In this document: piece after piece, positions 38,115-51,847 of the stretch
Layout of the letters: every line of letters starts with the position of its first letter
Position numbering within the stretch: the first letter of the stretch is position 1
Assembly: GCA_903813345.2 (NCBI GenBank)
Contig: CAIIXF020000001.1
Location: forward strand, 23,126,001-23,190,000
Source of the DNA: Owenia fusiformis
Lineage: Eukaryota
DNA length: 64,000 bases
Reading direction: 5' to 3'
Program-made: the position numbers and the translations under genes
Notes under the pieces: model-generated
What the model saw: only the letters and a program-made list of their open reading frames with translations
The model's database searches: none
Told to the model about the DNA's origin: nothing

Positions 38115-40411
38115 TTAATATTTCTACAATTCCAGCTTTATTTTATGACTAGACGGATGACAGATCCATAAATAAAGGCATATGGGTGCATTGTAATGTG
38201 TAATGAACCCTTCTGAGGTAGGAGGTTTTTTATACAAAGCCTCAGAACTACTCAACGGCAAGCTTTACCCACGTCAATCTGGGCTGCTGCGTGTTCGTTA
38301 TTAGCCTTATTGCTCAGCAGGCATTCGTGTTTGCAAACAGTACATGTTACTTTGACGATGGGCATTCAATGAAAGCCCATGCTACAACCTTCTGGTTATT
38401 TAGCTCAGCAAAGGTGATTTCAAGTTCCTTTATTTTGTTGACCAATATAATATAGTGTTCCTTTAAGGCACTCTGTGTATTTTCAATGTTTTTGGGCAAA
38501 ATAAAACTTTTATATGAATTCTATAGAATGTTAGATGTATTGATAAGAACCCTATCTTTCATTTGACACCGACAACAGCTCAAACGGACCACATCAAAGC
38601 TTACAATAATTAATCAAAAAATATTTTCGATCTGTCGAGCTTTAAATATCAAGTTTTTATCACTGTCATTGAAAGATGGCGAAGTTGTTTTTAAGTGACG
38701 CCATCTTTTAAATCAAAAGTAATTAAAAACATGCACTTTGTTTAGCATGTGCATTGTGCATGCATGTCTAATGATATCTGAACTTCAAATGGATTATTCT
38801 TTGTGAGTCCTTTTATTTTGCTTGGTTCAATCATAAAGCAAATCAAACTTTGTGTCATATTTGAGCGAGTGTGTGAGTAATATGTTTCAATGATAATTTT
38901 TTTTCTTCTAAATTAAGTATAGTGCATGGCCTTTAAGACCACTTACACCCAACGATGCTATCGTTTTAACTGCGTCGATGCCATTGTCATCATTAACCGT
39001 GTCTTTTTGAACAAAAGTCTCTATCGGGACCTCTACGCAATTTCAATCCCAAATCAATTGATATTACCAACCTTGTCTGCCATAGCTTGTGGTGCTTCCA
39101 AAAGAGTTTCTCTCATTTCACACAATAGACCCTCGTCAAACTCGTCACCCAATGACTACATGTAGTCTATATCCAATAGACTGAATTCCTGAGAATTCAG
39201 TCTATTGATGATTAAGCATGTCCCTCCTGTGGGAAAAAACAGGAATATCCTGCACACAATTATCAATTTAAGGAAACTTCACTTCCAAAAAATAATAGCG
39301 CTTGCGCTAATGTTTATTGTACAAAAAATACCTGACTTGAAATAAATATTGATATGATATATATGACCCAATCGGCCATTTTGAATGGCACTTCCTTCGT
39401 AAACAAATAATTTTCAACCCCAAATTTTCAGGTTCAGTGTGCCAAGATGACAATATCTCAATCTCTCCAATATGCGGTGGGGCATATATGATAACAAAAC
39501 GATGTTGGTGTATAGTGCATGTACAATAGTACACAATGTTATATTTCAGTATGTGTTAGGTAAGTTTTTACATGTTGCATAAAGAGTTTGATTCTAAAAT
39601 GTAACCAACAAACAACAATATGCTGCAAGATTCTTGGATGGGTCATTTGCGACAGCCGACAAGTAGCTTACAACAAGCTTCATTCTTGCATGGCTATGCA
39701 TATTTATACTCTTGTTTCAAGCATCAGTGCCCCCCTCCCAATGTTTTCCCCAGCTAGAGTAAAGAGACAAGAGCTTGAGGCAAGAACAAGGTTTTATATG
39801 TTAATAACAAAATATGACATAAACCTGATCATTATAGGCTAATTTACATTTCAAAAATCAATAAATTATCATTTGACCATATAGAATTCACTTAAAATCC
39901 AATAAATATACCAGTAACATTTTTAAGAACATATTTAGTGTGCCACGGCTGTTAATCTCTTCCTGATTAACCCTAAACTATATTTAATGTTATGTGATAT
40001 ATAACTTTCACAATTAACAGACATAGACTTTATTTTCTGGAATCATTGAAATATAAAAACCATTCATGAAGAAAAGAATTAACTCTTAAAAACTGAAAAT
40101 TCTTAAGGAAAAGCCGTGAGTACTGTACTGCTTTGAAGGTTAGGAATTTTTACGAGATTTAATATTTTCAAAAAATAAGGTTGGAATTAGAATACACATT
40201 GGGGCTATTGAGGATGAGAATTACAACTACACTATTTAAGTAGTCTTTAAGTAGTCAAGTAACATCATTACAGTATGTTCATGGGCTCTCTCTTGGGTCA
40301 GATGATGTATCCAGAATAAATGCATAAAATAACTTACATGTACTTTGGTTATCTTTAGGTATATGTGTGGGATAGCATGAGAGGACTTAGGTTCAATTTC
40401 TAAAGTACATG

Positions 40412-40623
40412 CACTGGCAGATCTAGGGGAGGGGGGGGCATTCTTTTGTGGGCCCAGAAAAATGTTCAAGGCCCCAAAACTTTTGGACCCAAAAATTATG
40501 AGCCTAGCGCCTCAAAAATGGGTCTCTTAGGATAGGCCAAATTAACAAAAAAAAAATGGGCCTTAAAATTTTTCCAGCCTCATTTGCCCCCCCCCCCCTT
40601 GTTAGCTTCTGGATCAGCCAGTG
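40412..40623. mobile_element. Small hAT-like MITE (CACTGGC..GATC termini); related fragment at about 14080-14190
   Basis: CACTGGCAGATCTAG ... CTGGATCAGCCAGTG. Confidence 0.55.
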
Positions 40624-41749
40624 ACATGGGGCAATTAATTTCACTTAACTTACTTTCTAATGGCTTCTTGCACTACAATAGACCTGGTTGTTCATTAGTT
40701 ATTTCTTTCCCTAAGGGAAGTTACTTTAAAAGCATTTCATATAATTATTAATAAATAAAATAATATTTATTGAAATATTTACAACTACTTGTAGATGTAT
40801 TCTGCAAACAGCAGGAAACAAACATATATATTCTCACTCGAGTCAGTGTCAATATACAATGAACTTCAATTTGTGAATCTTTTCACATTGTCATGTTGAG
40901 TTATCTTTCTTAGATGGATATATGAGCTTATAATTTTCTCTTAAAATAAATTTTAACAAAACTGTTCCGCATATAATATTAGTCCCCAAGAGCAACTCTT
41001 CAAATCAATTTAATACATATGGATGTATCAAATGATCATATGTCATAAGGATATCAAAATACATGTAAAATGTGTTTTAAACTCCATTTAATGACTAATA
41101 ACCCATTCATGGAAAATGCACGTAAAATATTTTATGAATATGACTAGATATCAGGTGCTGTAGGACTTGTACTACAACACATACAATTCCCTGGGTATTC
41201 ATTAATTCACTTACATAAGTATCTTTTAACATCAACAAAAATGTATATAAATACATGCGCATACAACCAAATAGCATAAAAGTATAATATTATCAGAATC
41301 AGATCAAGAGAGCAACGTTCCAAAAAATTCTGTATTCAGTATCTTTTTGTCTTTTCAGGCCTATCAATTGATGGAATACAAAGATGTTGATGGTTTGTCT
41401 TAATTCAACTAAATATCCCCATTTTGAATCTATGTTGGCCTGATTGCTGTGCAATGCACTATCATTGTAGATTAATAAAAGTCATAGTACAAAGATTTCA
41501 TGTAGAAATGTTAAATTTGAACTCTTCTTTTATTATTCGTGAAAGTATCACAGACATAGTACTGTACTTTATTTTGATTACAATTCAACACTTTGGTTGG
41601 AAAAAATCTTTTAAAAAAAATCTTTTAAATCATGTTGTCTCCTCTGTACCTCTGATTCCAATTCTAGCTTTATATGAAGCATACATGTATTTTGGAACAT
41701 GTGATTAAGGAGTACCACAGTACCACTTTACAGTACTATGATGCTGTGC

Positions 41750-42252
41750 TTACTGTACTGCACTGTACTGAACTGCACTGTACTTTGTTGTACTGTATCA
41801 TACAATGATGTCCTATACCATACAGAATGTACTGTACTGTACTGTACTACCGTACCATACTGCACTACATGCACTGTACTGTACTACGATGTACTACACT
41901 GTACTATGCTGTAGTAGCACTGTACTGCATTGCATTAAACCGTACTGTATAACGATGTACTACACTGTACTATGCTGAAGTATACTGTACTGCATTGCAT
42001 TATACTGTACTGTACAAGGATGTACTACACTGTACTATGCTGTAGTAGTACTGTACTGCATTGCATTATACTGTACTGTACAATGATGTAAAACACTGTT
42101 CTATGCCGTAGTATACTGTACTGCATTGCATTATACTGTACTGTTTAACGATGTACTACACTGTACTATGCTGTAGTATACTGTACTGCATTACATTATA
42201 CTGTACTGTATAACGATGTACTACAATGTACTATGCTGTTCTATAATGTACT
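41750..42252 (+). repeat. About 65-bp tandem repeat built from TACTG pentamers
   Basis: GATGTACTACACTGTACTATGCTGTAGTATACTGTACTGCATTGCATTATACTGTACTGTA recurs at 65-66 bp spacing. Confidence 0.9.
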
Positions 42253-42821
42253 ATATGTTGTCTTGAGCATCTTGGATATTGTCTATTATATGATTAAAGT
42301 AACATCTACTGGCTCCAAAAGAAATATGAGGACAATGTGACCTTTTATTTACAATGTAAATATTCATACATTATCATGCTTATAGCCTACAGTGTCCATG
42401 TATCATACAATACATGTATGTTCATATCGTGCAAAATGTCCATTTATCATACAATATGCTCATATCATAAATTTCCATGTCTGTGTATCTTACAATATGT
42501 CCATTTAATACAATATGTTCACATCATACAATTTGTACATATCACAAAGATAATCTGATGCTCGAGTTGCTTGTGATGAATGGTGAAGAATTGTGACCTC
42601 AGATTATCATATGTACATAGAATTCTATATTACATATTGTATATAACACCTTATATGGCAATTGCAATTGCATAATATGTAATTCCTGGGTATCCGACAT
42701 GTGCATTGCTTGAATACTCAACCATGATTCATTCAAAAGTTGTGAAAACAAACTTCATTGGCATAAAAGATTATAACATGTTGCACGAGGATCAATCTAA
42801 TACCGCATCACTATTTGTAAA

Positions 42822-43078
42822 TGAGCATCAATGTGGACACTATATATATGGATAAATATGCAACATGAGAATCAATGTGGGACATTGGGTCAGTAACATG
42901 AGAATCAATGTGGGACTGTATATTTGTATGCAAACACAAGAATCAATGTGGGACCATGGATTAATATGTAACATAAGAATCAATGTGGGACCATGGATTT
43001 TTGTGTAACATGAGAATCAAGTGGGACCATGGATTATTGTGTAACATGAGAATCAAGTGGGACCATAGGTTAACATGT
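42822..43078 (+). repeat. 36-37-bp tandem repeat
   Basis: AACATGAGAATCAATGTGGGACCATGGATT.. about 6 copies. Confidence 0.85.
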
Positions 43079-43612
43079 AATGGCATTTATTGGCAAGTCA
43101 TACCATATTCTTCATATTTGACTTCAGTATATAGGCTACTGCACAAACTCCTAAATAGGAACACCTCAGCAACTGAAGACTTTAGGCTGGTCTATAGCTA
43201 AGTTAGCATTCATATAGGCTTACTGAGATGCTCCGATCAAGACAAAAGCTCCTTGCAAAAGCTCCATGCAAAAGCTCCTTGCAGTGACTCCAGACAATAG
43301 CTCCATGCAATTAGCTTACTTCAATACATCTAACATACTGTAAATTAGTAGATAGTTTATTCTGCCACCCCTCCCCTCGAGACCCCATCACCTAGACTAC
43401 AAAGACTAATATCATGTGCCACACCCTATTCTCTATGGGCTGTGGCCATTAAGTCATCAATTGACCCCAACTTTATTTTCCAGAATTCTAAAATTTTCAG
43501 CACTACTTTGAAAAGTTGTGGCCATCTCTAACTACAATGAATGCACTTCTTAGGATCACTACTCAATGAATAATTTATATTTACAGTATGTCAAAATAAA
43601 TGCTATATTCTA

Positions 43613-43848
43613 CAGGGTGTCAAATAAATATGTTCACTCCCCCTTAATTTCAAAAGTACATGTATGAACTTTTGTGCGTAAATGGGCATCTAGTTGAGCT
43701 GTTCATCTGAAATTTTTTTCAAGTTGCTCCATGAAGCGTAGTTTTAATATGCTGAAAAGCAATTTAGATTTTATGCAGACAAAAAAGTTAGTCAACATTA
43801 TGTGGATGTTAAAGCAAATGGGGGAGAACATATTTATTTGACACCCTG
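43613..43848. mobile_element. Mariner-type MITE
   Basis: TA|CAGGGTGTCAAATAAATATGTTC ... GAACATATTTATTTGACACCCTG|TA. Confidence 0.88.
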
Positions 43849-44423
43849 TAGTAATATTTCTGAGTCCTGGCTTAAAACAGATCTAAATGTGGCACATGAC
43901 AAGTGTCTATCAGACTTAATCACTGCATCTTTCAAATTCTGATTTCATTTCTAAAATGGATGATTACATGTAAATAGTCTACTTTAAATCCTATGTACAT
44001 AATTCTATATACTGAGTGTTCCAGAAGACATTGAACAGTTTGTTTATTTCACAAAAAGGTGCAATAAATCAAATGAAATGGAACACTTTGATTGTACATG
44101 CATATATGCTAATTCGTTGTTCAGTTTCTTAACACAGTAAAAATAGCCTTTAACAATAAGTAAGCATATAGTATACTAAAGTAAGCCTAAAACTCCATAT
44201 ATGTAACTGCAACATTATGTAACATTTGGAACATTCAGTATACAGAATAAAAAAAGTCAACAAAGACACATTATAAATTATTGTGCAAACAAAAACTGCA
44301 CTAAGTTCTGTATATCATGGAACGTCTTATAATTGTAATTGTCTCATAGAACCATAGTTCTAACTTACATCATGGCAAATGATAAACTTGGCAATACCTT
44401 GGTCCTGGTACAGTACATTCAAT

Positions 44424-44720
44424 CTGGAGTAGAGGGTAACCTGGAATACAGGGTGACCTGGAGTAGAGGATGACCTTAAATACAGGGTGACCTGGGGTAG
44501 AGGGTGACCTGGAATACAGGGTGACCTGGGGTAGAGGGTGACCTAAAGTACAGGGTGACCTGGAGTAGAAGTTGACCTAGAATACAGGGTGACCTGGAGT
44601 ATAGGTTGAGAAGGTAACCGAGACTAAAGGTACAGTGTAATTCAGAGTACAGGATAGCCCAGATTACAGGATAACCAAGAATACATGGACAAGGTAACCC
44701 TGGAGTTCAGGTATAGCCCA
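44424..44720. repeat. 17-bp tandem repeat (alternating 34-bp dimer) in the probable Kv-beta 3' UTR
   Basis: CTGGAGTAGAGGGTGAC / CTGGAATACAGGGTGAC units, degenerating rightwards. Confidence 0.85.
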
Positions 44721-44853
44721 AGCTGCATGCAATTTGATGTTCTTAATTAATGTTGTAAAAATAAGCTGCTTCAACAAATGACTTCCCTGTGAAAAATCTT
44801 ATTCAGGACACCAAAGTGATATTGCATATAGTTCAACCATTTGCCAATAGATG

Positions 44854-44964
44854 TCATTGGATTGTACACCAAGATGATGATTCCTCATTATCATCTTTAG
44901 GTTCGGGTTTAACAACTGTTTGTTGGTTCATGTCAACTATAGTTTCTTTAGGTGTGGGCCCTAG
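44854..44964 (-). CDS. Putative stop-codon readthrough extension of Kv-beta (36 aa, ends in CaaX CTIQ)
   Basis: TGA CTA G context; in-frame LGPTPKETIVDMNQQTVVKPEPKDDNEESSSWCTIQ, then TGA at 44856-44854. Confidence 0.65.
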   Translation of the reverse strand, partial: LGPTPKETIVDMNQQTVVKPEPKDDNEESSSWCTIQ

Positions 44965-45057
44965 TCACCTTGCTATATGCTCTCGTATCTTCACAGGTTT
45001 GTTTCCTAAGATCTTGTCAAGCTCTGCCATTATGGCAGGTGTAAGTTTTGAAACATA
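44965..45057 (-). CDS. KCNAB2: Kv-beta last coding exon, YVSKLTPAIMAELDKILGNKPVKIREHIAR*
   Basis: ttcag acceptor; TGA at 44967-44965, where Kv-beta proteins normally end. Confidence 0.92.
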   Translation of the reverse strand, partial: YVSKLTPAIMAELDKILGNKPVKIREHIAR

Positions 45058-45443
45058 CTGAAATGACAATCGGAAGTATATTACATATAATCAAGCACAG
45101 GCCTTTAGTGACTTGTCGAAATTGTACTGAATTATTTAGTGAGTATAAAATACATGTCAAGGATGAGGTACCTTAAATAACTCTCTGGATCATAAATGGA
45201 GGTCTGCGTCCAGTATCTCATTTTGTACCAGACGAAAATACTGGACGCATTTCTACCCCCTGAAATTGTTTCTACCAGAAAAATATGTAAAGAAATCAAA
45301 CATGTCATCGAAAAGGAAGTCATTTAAATTTAAAAAATAGACTTCAGTGAGATTTCAAAGCAATAAACATGTAGCAAAGCCCTGTATTAATCAATGTCAT
45401 TTTACAATATCTGAAAGATTTGTTGATAAAAAAAAAGATGTAC

Positions 45444-45532
45444 CTGAATTGACTGCATATTTTCGTAGAGCTGGTCCACATTAGAAGCTCCTAGCAGAAC
45501 ACAGTGGACATTGTCATTCCTCAGACACCAAG
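45444..45532 (-). CDS. KCNAB2: Kv-beta exon, [29 protein letters not shown]
   Basis: 89 nt; tttag acceptor, gtaca donor. Confidence 0.95.
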
Positions 45533-46399
45533 CTAAAGATATTTAAACATAGGATATATTAAATCAAATATTATATTTAAATCACCCCCCTGGCCTGTAT
45601 CTCTCTTGCCCCCTTTCTCAAACAAATGATGTTGACCAACAGTGCATGTTCTAATTTTTGAAATGGTGTTACAGGTAATACAAGAATCTATATTGTTATG
45701 TACGATATTTATGTTGCCCTTTGTGCTTTCTGTAAGGAGGATTAAATCCAATTTTATTTGAGTTATACATGTAAGGGACTGTAAAACAGTCATGCTTTCA
45801 TTTTGCTAAATGTGGATAAAAATATTTTCGATAATATGTCATAACACAAATGGGCAGATATATAAGGGTTATGTACTGAGAGGTTTTTGATACAGGGTTT
45901 ATCCCAAGGGAAATATCAAATATCTCCCGAGGGACTGCAGTGAGCACATATGTATTTATGGAACTATTGTACATTTAAAAGGGACTAGGTCAACAGAAAG
46001 ATGGCAGCACAGTGGGCTGTCTTGCAGAGTACTGCTGCCATCTTTCTTTGACCTTTGTGTCTATATTTACAACCACTGTGTCTATCAGTACTCATATGTG
46101 AATTCAATGACACCCTGGGGGTTTTACTGTATACATGCTGTATACAAACTATGGTGGGGGTCCTAGGCTGAACCCTCAGATATCAGAGTATGTTCCCATA
46201 CCAATCTGTCAAATGTTTTACCAACCAAATTGTATTAAATCACACCCTAATGCCATACCAAATGTCCACCTCCCAGGAAAATATTTATATTCATAAGTCA
46301 TATTTTATTGCCATACCGGATGTTAAAAAATTTACCCCTCATGGCCGAGGATCCTGTCAATTTTTAAGTGAACCCCCAAGGAGTGGTACGTGTACTTAC

Positions 46400-46520
46400 C
46401 AATAGCAAGTTGTGATAATGAGCAGCCAATTTTATCTGCTATTACAGCTACTTCACGTAGCTGTGCCTGTTGTCGCCTTCCCTCCTCACTGAGTATCTTA
46501 TCCTTAAGCCAGTTATATCC
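46400..46520 (-). CDS. KCNAB2: Kv-beta exon, [40 protein letters not shown](A)
   Basis: 121 nt; cacag acceptor, gtaagt donor. Confidence 0.96.
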
Positions 46521-49500
46521 CTGTGTGGACAACTAAAGTATAATATCTGGGGGTGAGAAACAATGAACAGAACAGCCAGCCAGGCACAGCCAATACATAC
46601 AATGTACAATACAGCAAATATGTACAGCAAAACTTCAAAGTTGAACACCTGTTTCGGATAAAAAAAAAGGTTTTACAAGGAATAACATTTTACATGCTCT
46701 ACAAAAACAAGGGGTCGTCTAAAAGTCACACTAAATTGTATCTTTTATCCACTTTTCTAAATGCTAAACAAGAAACTTTAATGAACATCTTTATGTCTCT
46801 GGCGAAACAAACCACCTTCCAAACCCTTGTTTATGAAACATTCTTTTGGAAGTTTAATTTCAAAAAAGGTACACTAAATTTTTAGTTTTTTTAAATGGTG
46901 TTTAGTCACCATATTACCAATAATACAGCAACCATAGAAAGACAAACAGGTGTTCAACTTTTCAGCTTCATACTGACAATCCTATATTATATATATACTT
47001 TGCATGGTCACATGACACATCCACTTTTAACATCCGAGGGCCCCACATACAACATTTGTGCTTGATACATACAGCATCTCATTTTGATTGAACCACAATT
47101 TGCAAATTTTTCTCTCATGCACTCAAGGGAATTTAGCAGATGCATCATGGGTTTGATCAAGATAAAACTGAAATCCATTACATAATTGATTTAAGTCTGA
47201 GAGTTTAGAGATGATTATTTTGATCGAGCCTTTGGAAACGAGAGAAAACGCCACAGTTGTGGTTTAAGGGCCCCTTATACACACAACAATGTAGAAGGTA
47301 TTGCACAGTTGGAAAAGGCACAGTAGGGCACTACATATAAAGTCACATGTACATGTATGCACAATATGCAATCGGGATATAACGGGTGAACCATTATAGA
47401 AGTGAAGGAGAGAGGATCTAACCTCTATACTCAACCGGAATAATTGAAAAAACAAGATGGCGATTTTCTCCCATTGGCCCAATTATTGCATAATATTTCA
47501 ATTTTTTTTCGTTCCATTAAAGTTTGAAAAATTACTAAATGATATTAGATCTCTCAAGTTTTAATGTTAAAACTGCGTCAATCAAAGTGACCTATGACAT
47601 ATACATGTAACTCATTAAAGTTAGTGTTTTCCTCAAATTTTGCCCTTGGTGGTTTTTCAATTAAGGGCATATAAGAACAACAATTGTATTTGTACATTAA
47701 AAGTCAACATTGTGATGCTATATTGATCCTACAAGCTGGAAAGCTGGATTTGGTATAATTTTCATCCATGGAACCAATCAGACAATTGCTTTTATTTATA
47801 TTTCTAAATAATAGATATTAGGAATTAAAAGTGGAGCCAAAGACTGGAGTTGAGAGTAGCTTGTAAATTGTCATACTTATTTCTGATAACATGGATTTTA
47901 ATTTTAATGCATTTGAAAATTTCTACATCTTAAATCATATCCATATATGATTAGATATCTCGATTCTTTTTTCAAATACCAAAATTAAGATTGCACTGGC
48001 AAACGATGTCATGGAATTTGAAAATATTGCATTTTACATTAGTCTCTGGTCTTTGCTGCCACTTTAAATTACAGCTCCATGGAGGAAACAGCTCCATTGA
48101 GGAAATAACCTTAGATAAAATGTCCTCAATGGATCACATTTATATCTTATCTAATTACAAGTACCACAGAACACAAGAATGATCCTGTGAGTGCAAAAAG
48201 CGAGGTTTCATAGCTGGCGTTAATTGCATCAGAGTATTAATAATTGACACAAGGGAAAATTCAGACACAGTTACCATACATGGTCAACAGCCGCAATAAC
48301 CATATATGGCCAACAGCCGTGCAATGTCAAATAATTCCAATAAAGGTGAATGTATGAATGAGGCATACATGTAGCTCCAAGATGGAAAGACTTATAATGG
48401 CCATAAATTAAGAATCTAATAGGAAAACCATCCAAGGAATAAAACATTCATTAAAGTGCTACAAATGTAAGTCAGATACTGCAAACACAATTAGTAGCTC
48501 ATATCTCATATTCTCTTGATCTTTACATCAAACACAGTTTTTCATGCATCGATCTATCAATGTATCTAATCTATCAAAATGAATATCAGATGTTGAGAAA
48601 AATCAATGACTTACGCCCCTAAATCATCATTTTGTTAATAAAACACTTCAGATTGATGATCATACGTTGCTTATTTCCTGTTTTTTACTTTATCAATGTA
48701 CAGCACATGTCAGAATCTATGTAATTAATATCGAAAAGGAACGAACTGTTCCATAAATCAACAATGAGGATTTATTTTCCAATATTATTTTACCAAATTG
48801 ATTTCTCATTTAGATTGTTTTCGGCATTATTTTTTAACCAAAATTTCATATTCCAATCAGTCTGGTTGAACAGGTATAATGTCTGTAAGATCGAAAAATG
48901 TGTTTAATGTTAGGTTTAGAAAGATATGATCGACTAATTTAGGGAGTGCTACATATAGAGGTTATTTACTCAGAGGGATAGAATATGAGTTTTATACGAA
49001 GTGCTTGGTATGATAAAACCCATATTTAATTCCCAAACGGGAGATACATGTTTTATACCATGATATTGGCACCATTATACTACAATAAAATTGTAAGAAA
49101 ATGAAAAATGTTGAAAAATGTAACTTTTTGAGAAATGAAATTTTTGAAAAAATAAAATTTAAAAAATGACATTTTTGAAAAATGATTTAAATTTTTGAAA
49201 AATGGAACTTTTTGGAACAATTTTGTCAATTATATTTCTTTAATGTAATGAAGTACTGTAGTGTCATGGTATAAATATGTTTATCTGGCACAGTCCTTTT
49301 ATCATATAAAATGTAAAGCTTTGTTATATCCAGATATATGATGCTAGTAAATATACATAATGCTAGACAGTGCAGGTGCATAATTCAAACAAGACACAGC
49401 AGTATGTTAATTATAAAGGATACAAAAGATTTAGCAAAATACAAACAATTAAATCAGGGAATACATATTATTATTATTATTAAACAAGATATTTGAAAAA

Positions 49501-49721
49501 TTAATTCCAAAAAGTTGTTCTGAACTATCATCTTAATGATGGGTCAACTAAGCAAGTGCTCTCGAAAGAATATCAATAAGTTCACCTTTTCCTTCCACTA
49601 CAAAAACACCAAAAAGAGTAAATTACAAACACGGGATAAAATGTTAGAATGTCCAATTAAAACATAGCTGTTACTAACACCATAAAAGGTGAGTAATGTG
49701 AGTACAGGGTGAGCTTTTTAC

Positions 49722-49816
49722 CTTTAGAGCTGCTCTTGAATATATAGGAACACCATCATCATATTTGCCAGTCAGGATGCCACATGCCAGTGGAGACCAA
49801 GTCATACAACCAATAC
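49722..49816 (-). CDS. KCNAB2: Kv-beta exon, [31 protein letters not shown]
   Basis: 95 nt; tccag acceptor, gtaaa donor. Confidence 0.95.
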
Positions 49817-50206
49817 CTGGAATAAGTTTGATTGTTGTAGGGCAACATGGAAATTCAATTAAAAAAATGAAAAGGAAAGGAAGGCATATTTTTAATTTCT
49901 TCACAAAGTTTAGGCCAGAGTAAATTAATAGGGAGTTTAAGCTTGCAATGTTTTTCACAACCTATACGTGAACGTAATATATTTAAGCGATGCATTTGTA
50001 TGGGCGATTGTTCATATGTATAGGTTCAGGTTGCCGTTTCAATTTTATATGCACATTTAAACTCTGTATTGTTAAGATTTTACATATATATGTTTGTTTG
50101 TTTAAGATAAGTCTCTGTTCTGTTTTGATTCAATCCTGCAGTATATAGAATTTCTGTAGCTAAAACAGGGTAATGAATCAAAAATATAGATAAAAAATAC
50201 CCCTAC

Positions 50207-50327
50207 CCATTTTATTGTAAAGTTCTGGCATATTGACCTCAATTTTGTCTCTCTGATAAAGATGGTACTCGGCCTGCTCTGCGATCGGAGGTATCAGGTT
50301 GAATTGCCGTGCTACAGAATATGCCTC
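50207..50327 (-). CDS. KCNAB2: Kv-beta exon, [40 protein letters not shown](G)
   Basis: 121 nt; gcag acceptor, gtagg donor. Confidence 0.95.
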
Positions 50328-50902
50328 CTGCGAAAGTATAAACGAGGATGTACTATGTTGTTGAATAGTTTAGTATTAGTTATTATTGTATATTGTACAC
50401 TATACTGACTGATATGTCATTGTGATGACAACAAAGATTCAATTAAAGATATACATGTATATATTATGATTAAATCAAATTATGAGGATGTTTTTCTCAA
50501 TAGATGGAGTTAAGAGATGATGTCCAAACATCAGCAGCGTGGACTAACTTAATTTTATTAGTAAAGGGAGATATGGAGTTAGTAAAAATTACATGTTGAT
50601 TTTTTGTAGGAGACAAATCAACATTTTCAAATTTTGTTACTATATAGGGAGTTTTTTTAAACAATAACTAACCAGATTTTTTATTGTGCTAAAGGTGAAT
50701 TAAGGTAATTAATATTTAGTGATATGGTCGGATTTGAGATTCAATAACATTTTAGATTGATTTCCTTCCTTCATAAAAAAATGTACAGAAAGTGAATAAA
50801 ACTCATAGATACAAACAATGCATATATAGGACTAGTACCCCTTCCCCATGTAATTTTTTATTGAGGTATTCAATAATATTGACCCCATCCCTAAATTCTC
50901 AC

Positions 50903-51075
50903 CATTATCTCCATATTGCTCCATCTGGAGGTGCCCCAATACATTGCCCAGCCCTGATTGACTACATGAGTAAATGCACGCACAATCTCCTCCATTGGGG
51001 TGTGTGGGTCAGGCTTGTTAGCAAATACAAGATCAACATATTCCATTTGGAGTCTTTCTAAGGAGCCTTTCAAAC
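50903..51075 (-). CDS. KCNAB2: Kv-beta exon, [57 protein letters not shown]
   Basis: 173 nt inside ORF 50891..51115; ttcag acceptor, gtgag donor. Confidence 0.96.
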
Positions 51076-51431
51076 CTGAAATTAGATTCACACATGACAA
51101 GGGGTTCTTTAACATTTTCTGACCAATCGTTCACATTATAGCCATTCTATATACTGATGAATTCAGTCCTAGCTGTGCTTTATTCTTAAATAGGGAATTT
51201 AGATAACTAATTTGTACCCATCAAAAGTGAAAATAAAAAACATAGAGAATACATTTAAAATTAAGTTGTAATAAGTTGCCAATAAATACCCCTCCTCAAG
51301 ACAACATAGTGCAAAAATTTGGTTAAAAATAAATATTCTCAGACTGGGACTCTATTTATATAAACTAACTGAATAAAACGCTTTCAATCCTCTTATTTCA
51401 ACAAACTTAAGTTAATATTGTAATATTTTAC

Positions 51432-51475
51432 CTTCAATAATATGCTTTCTGGACAATCCTTTTTCCGTCTCTGCT
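51432..51475 (-). CDS. KCNAB2: Kv-beta exon, AETEKGLSRKHIIE(G)
   Basis: 44 nt; ttcag acceptor, gtaaa donor. Confidence 0.93.
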
Positions 51476-51847
51476 CTGAAGGAAAAAGACAAAAATAAGG
51501 ATAAAAAATCCTGAAAAAGATTATCTTGATGTATGTATAATTTACACATTAAATCCATTAAATTTGAGATGTTTCAAATATCAAAAGCAACAACAATGAA
51601 AAATTCCAAATATTCCAAATCTGACCAACTGACACCTTTGTATACAAAATGCCACTCCATACACGTAATTCAAACAACAATTTCATTTCAGCTAATTAAT
51701 GATTTTCAAATTATAAGGAATTATTTGAAATCATTTTTAAAACTAAATAGAGCAATGCAAAGGTAAATGCAGGCTTATTTTAAAATTAGGGTGAGTGGAG
51801 GGGGAGGTGTGGTTCATATGGGCTTTGAAATTAATGAATTGACTTAC

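Noticed and set aside
39060-39110. Possible minus-strand exon ATGGCAGACAAGGTTG|GTAAT
   Set aside because: Only five codons, with no partner exon or homology to support a gene.
44965-44967. Kv-beta TGA as a selenocysteine codon
   Set aside because: It lies at the normal C-terminus, aligns to no catalytic Cys, and I saw no SECIS-like hairpin (not computationally searched); the CUAG context favours readthrough.
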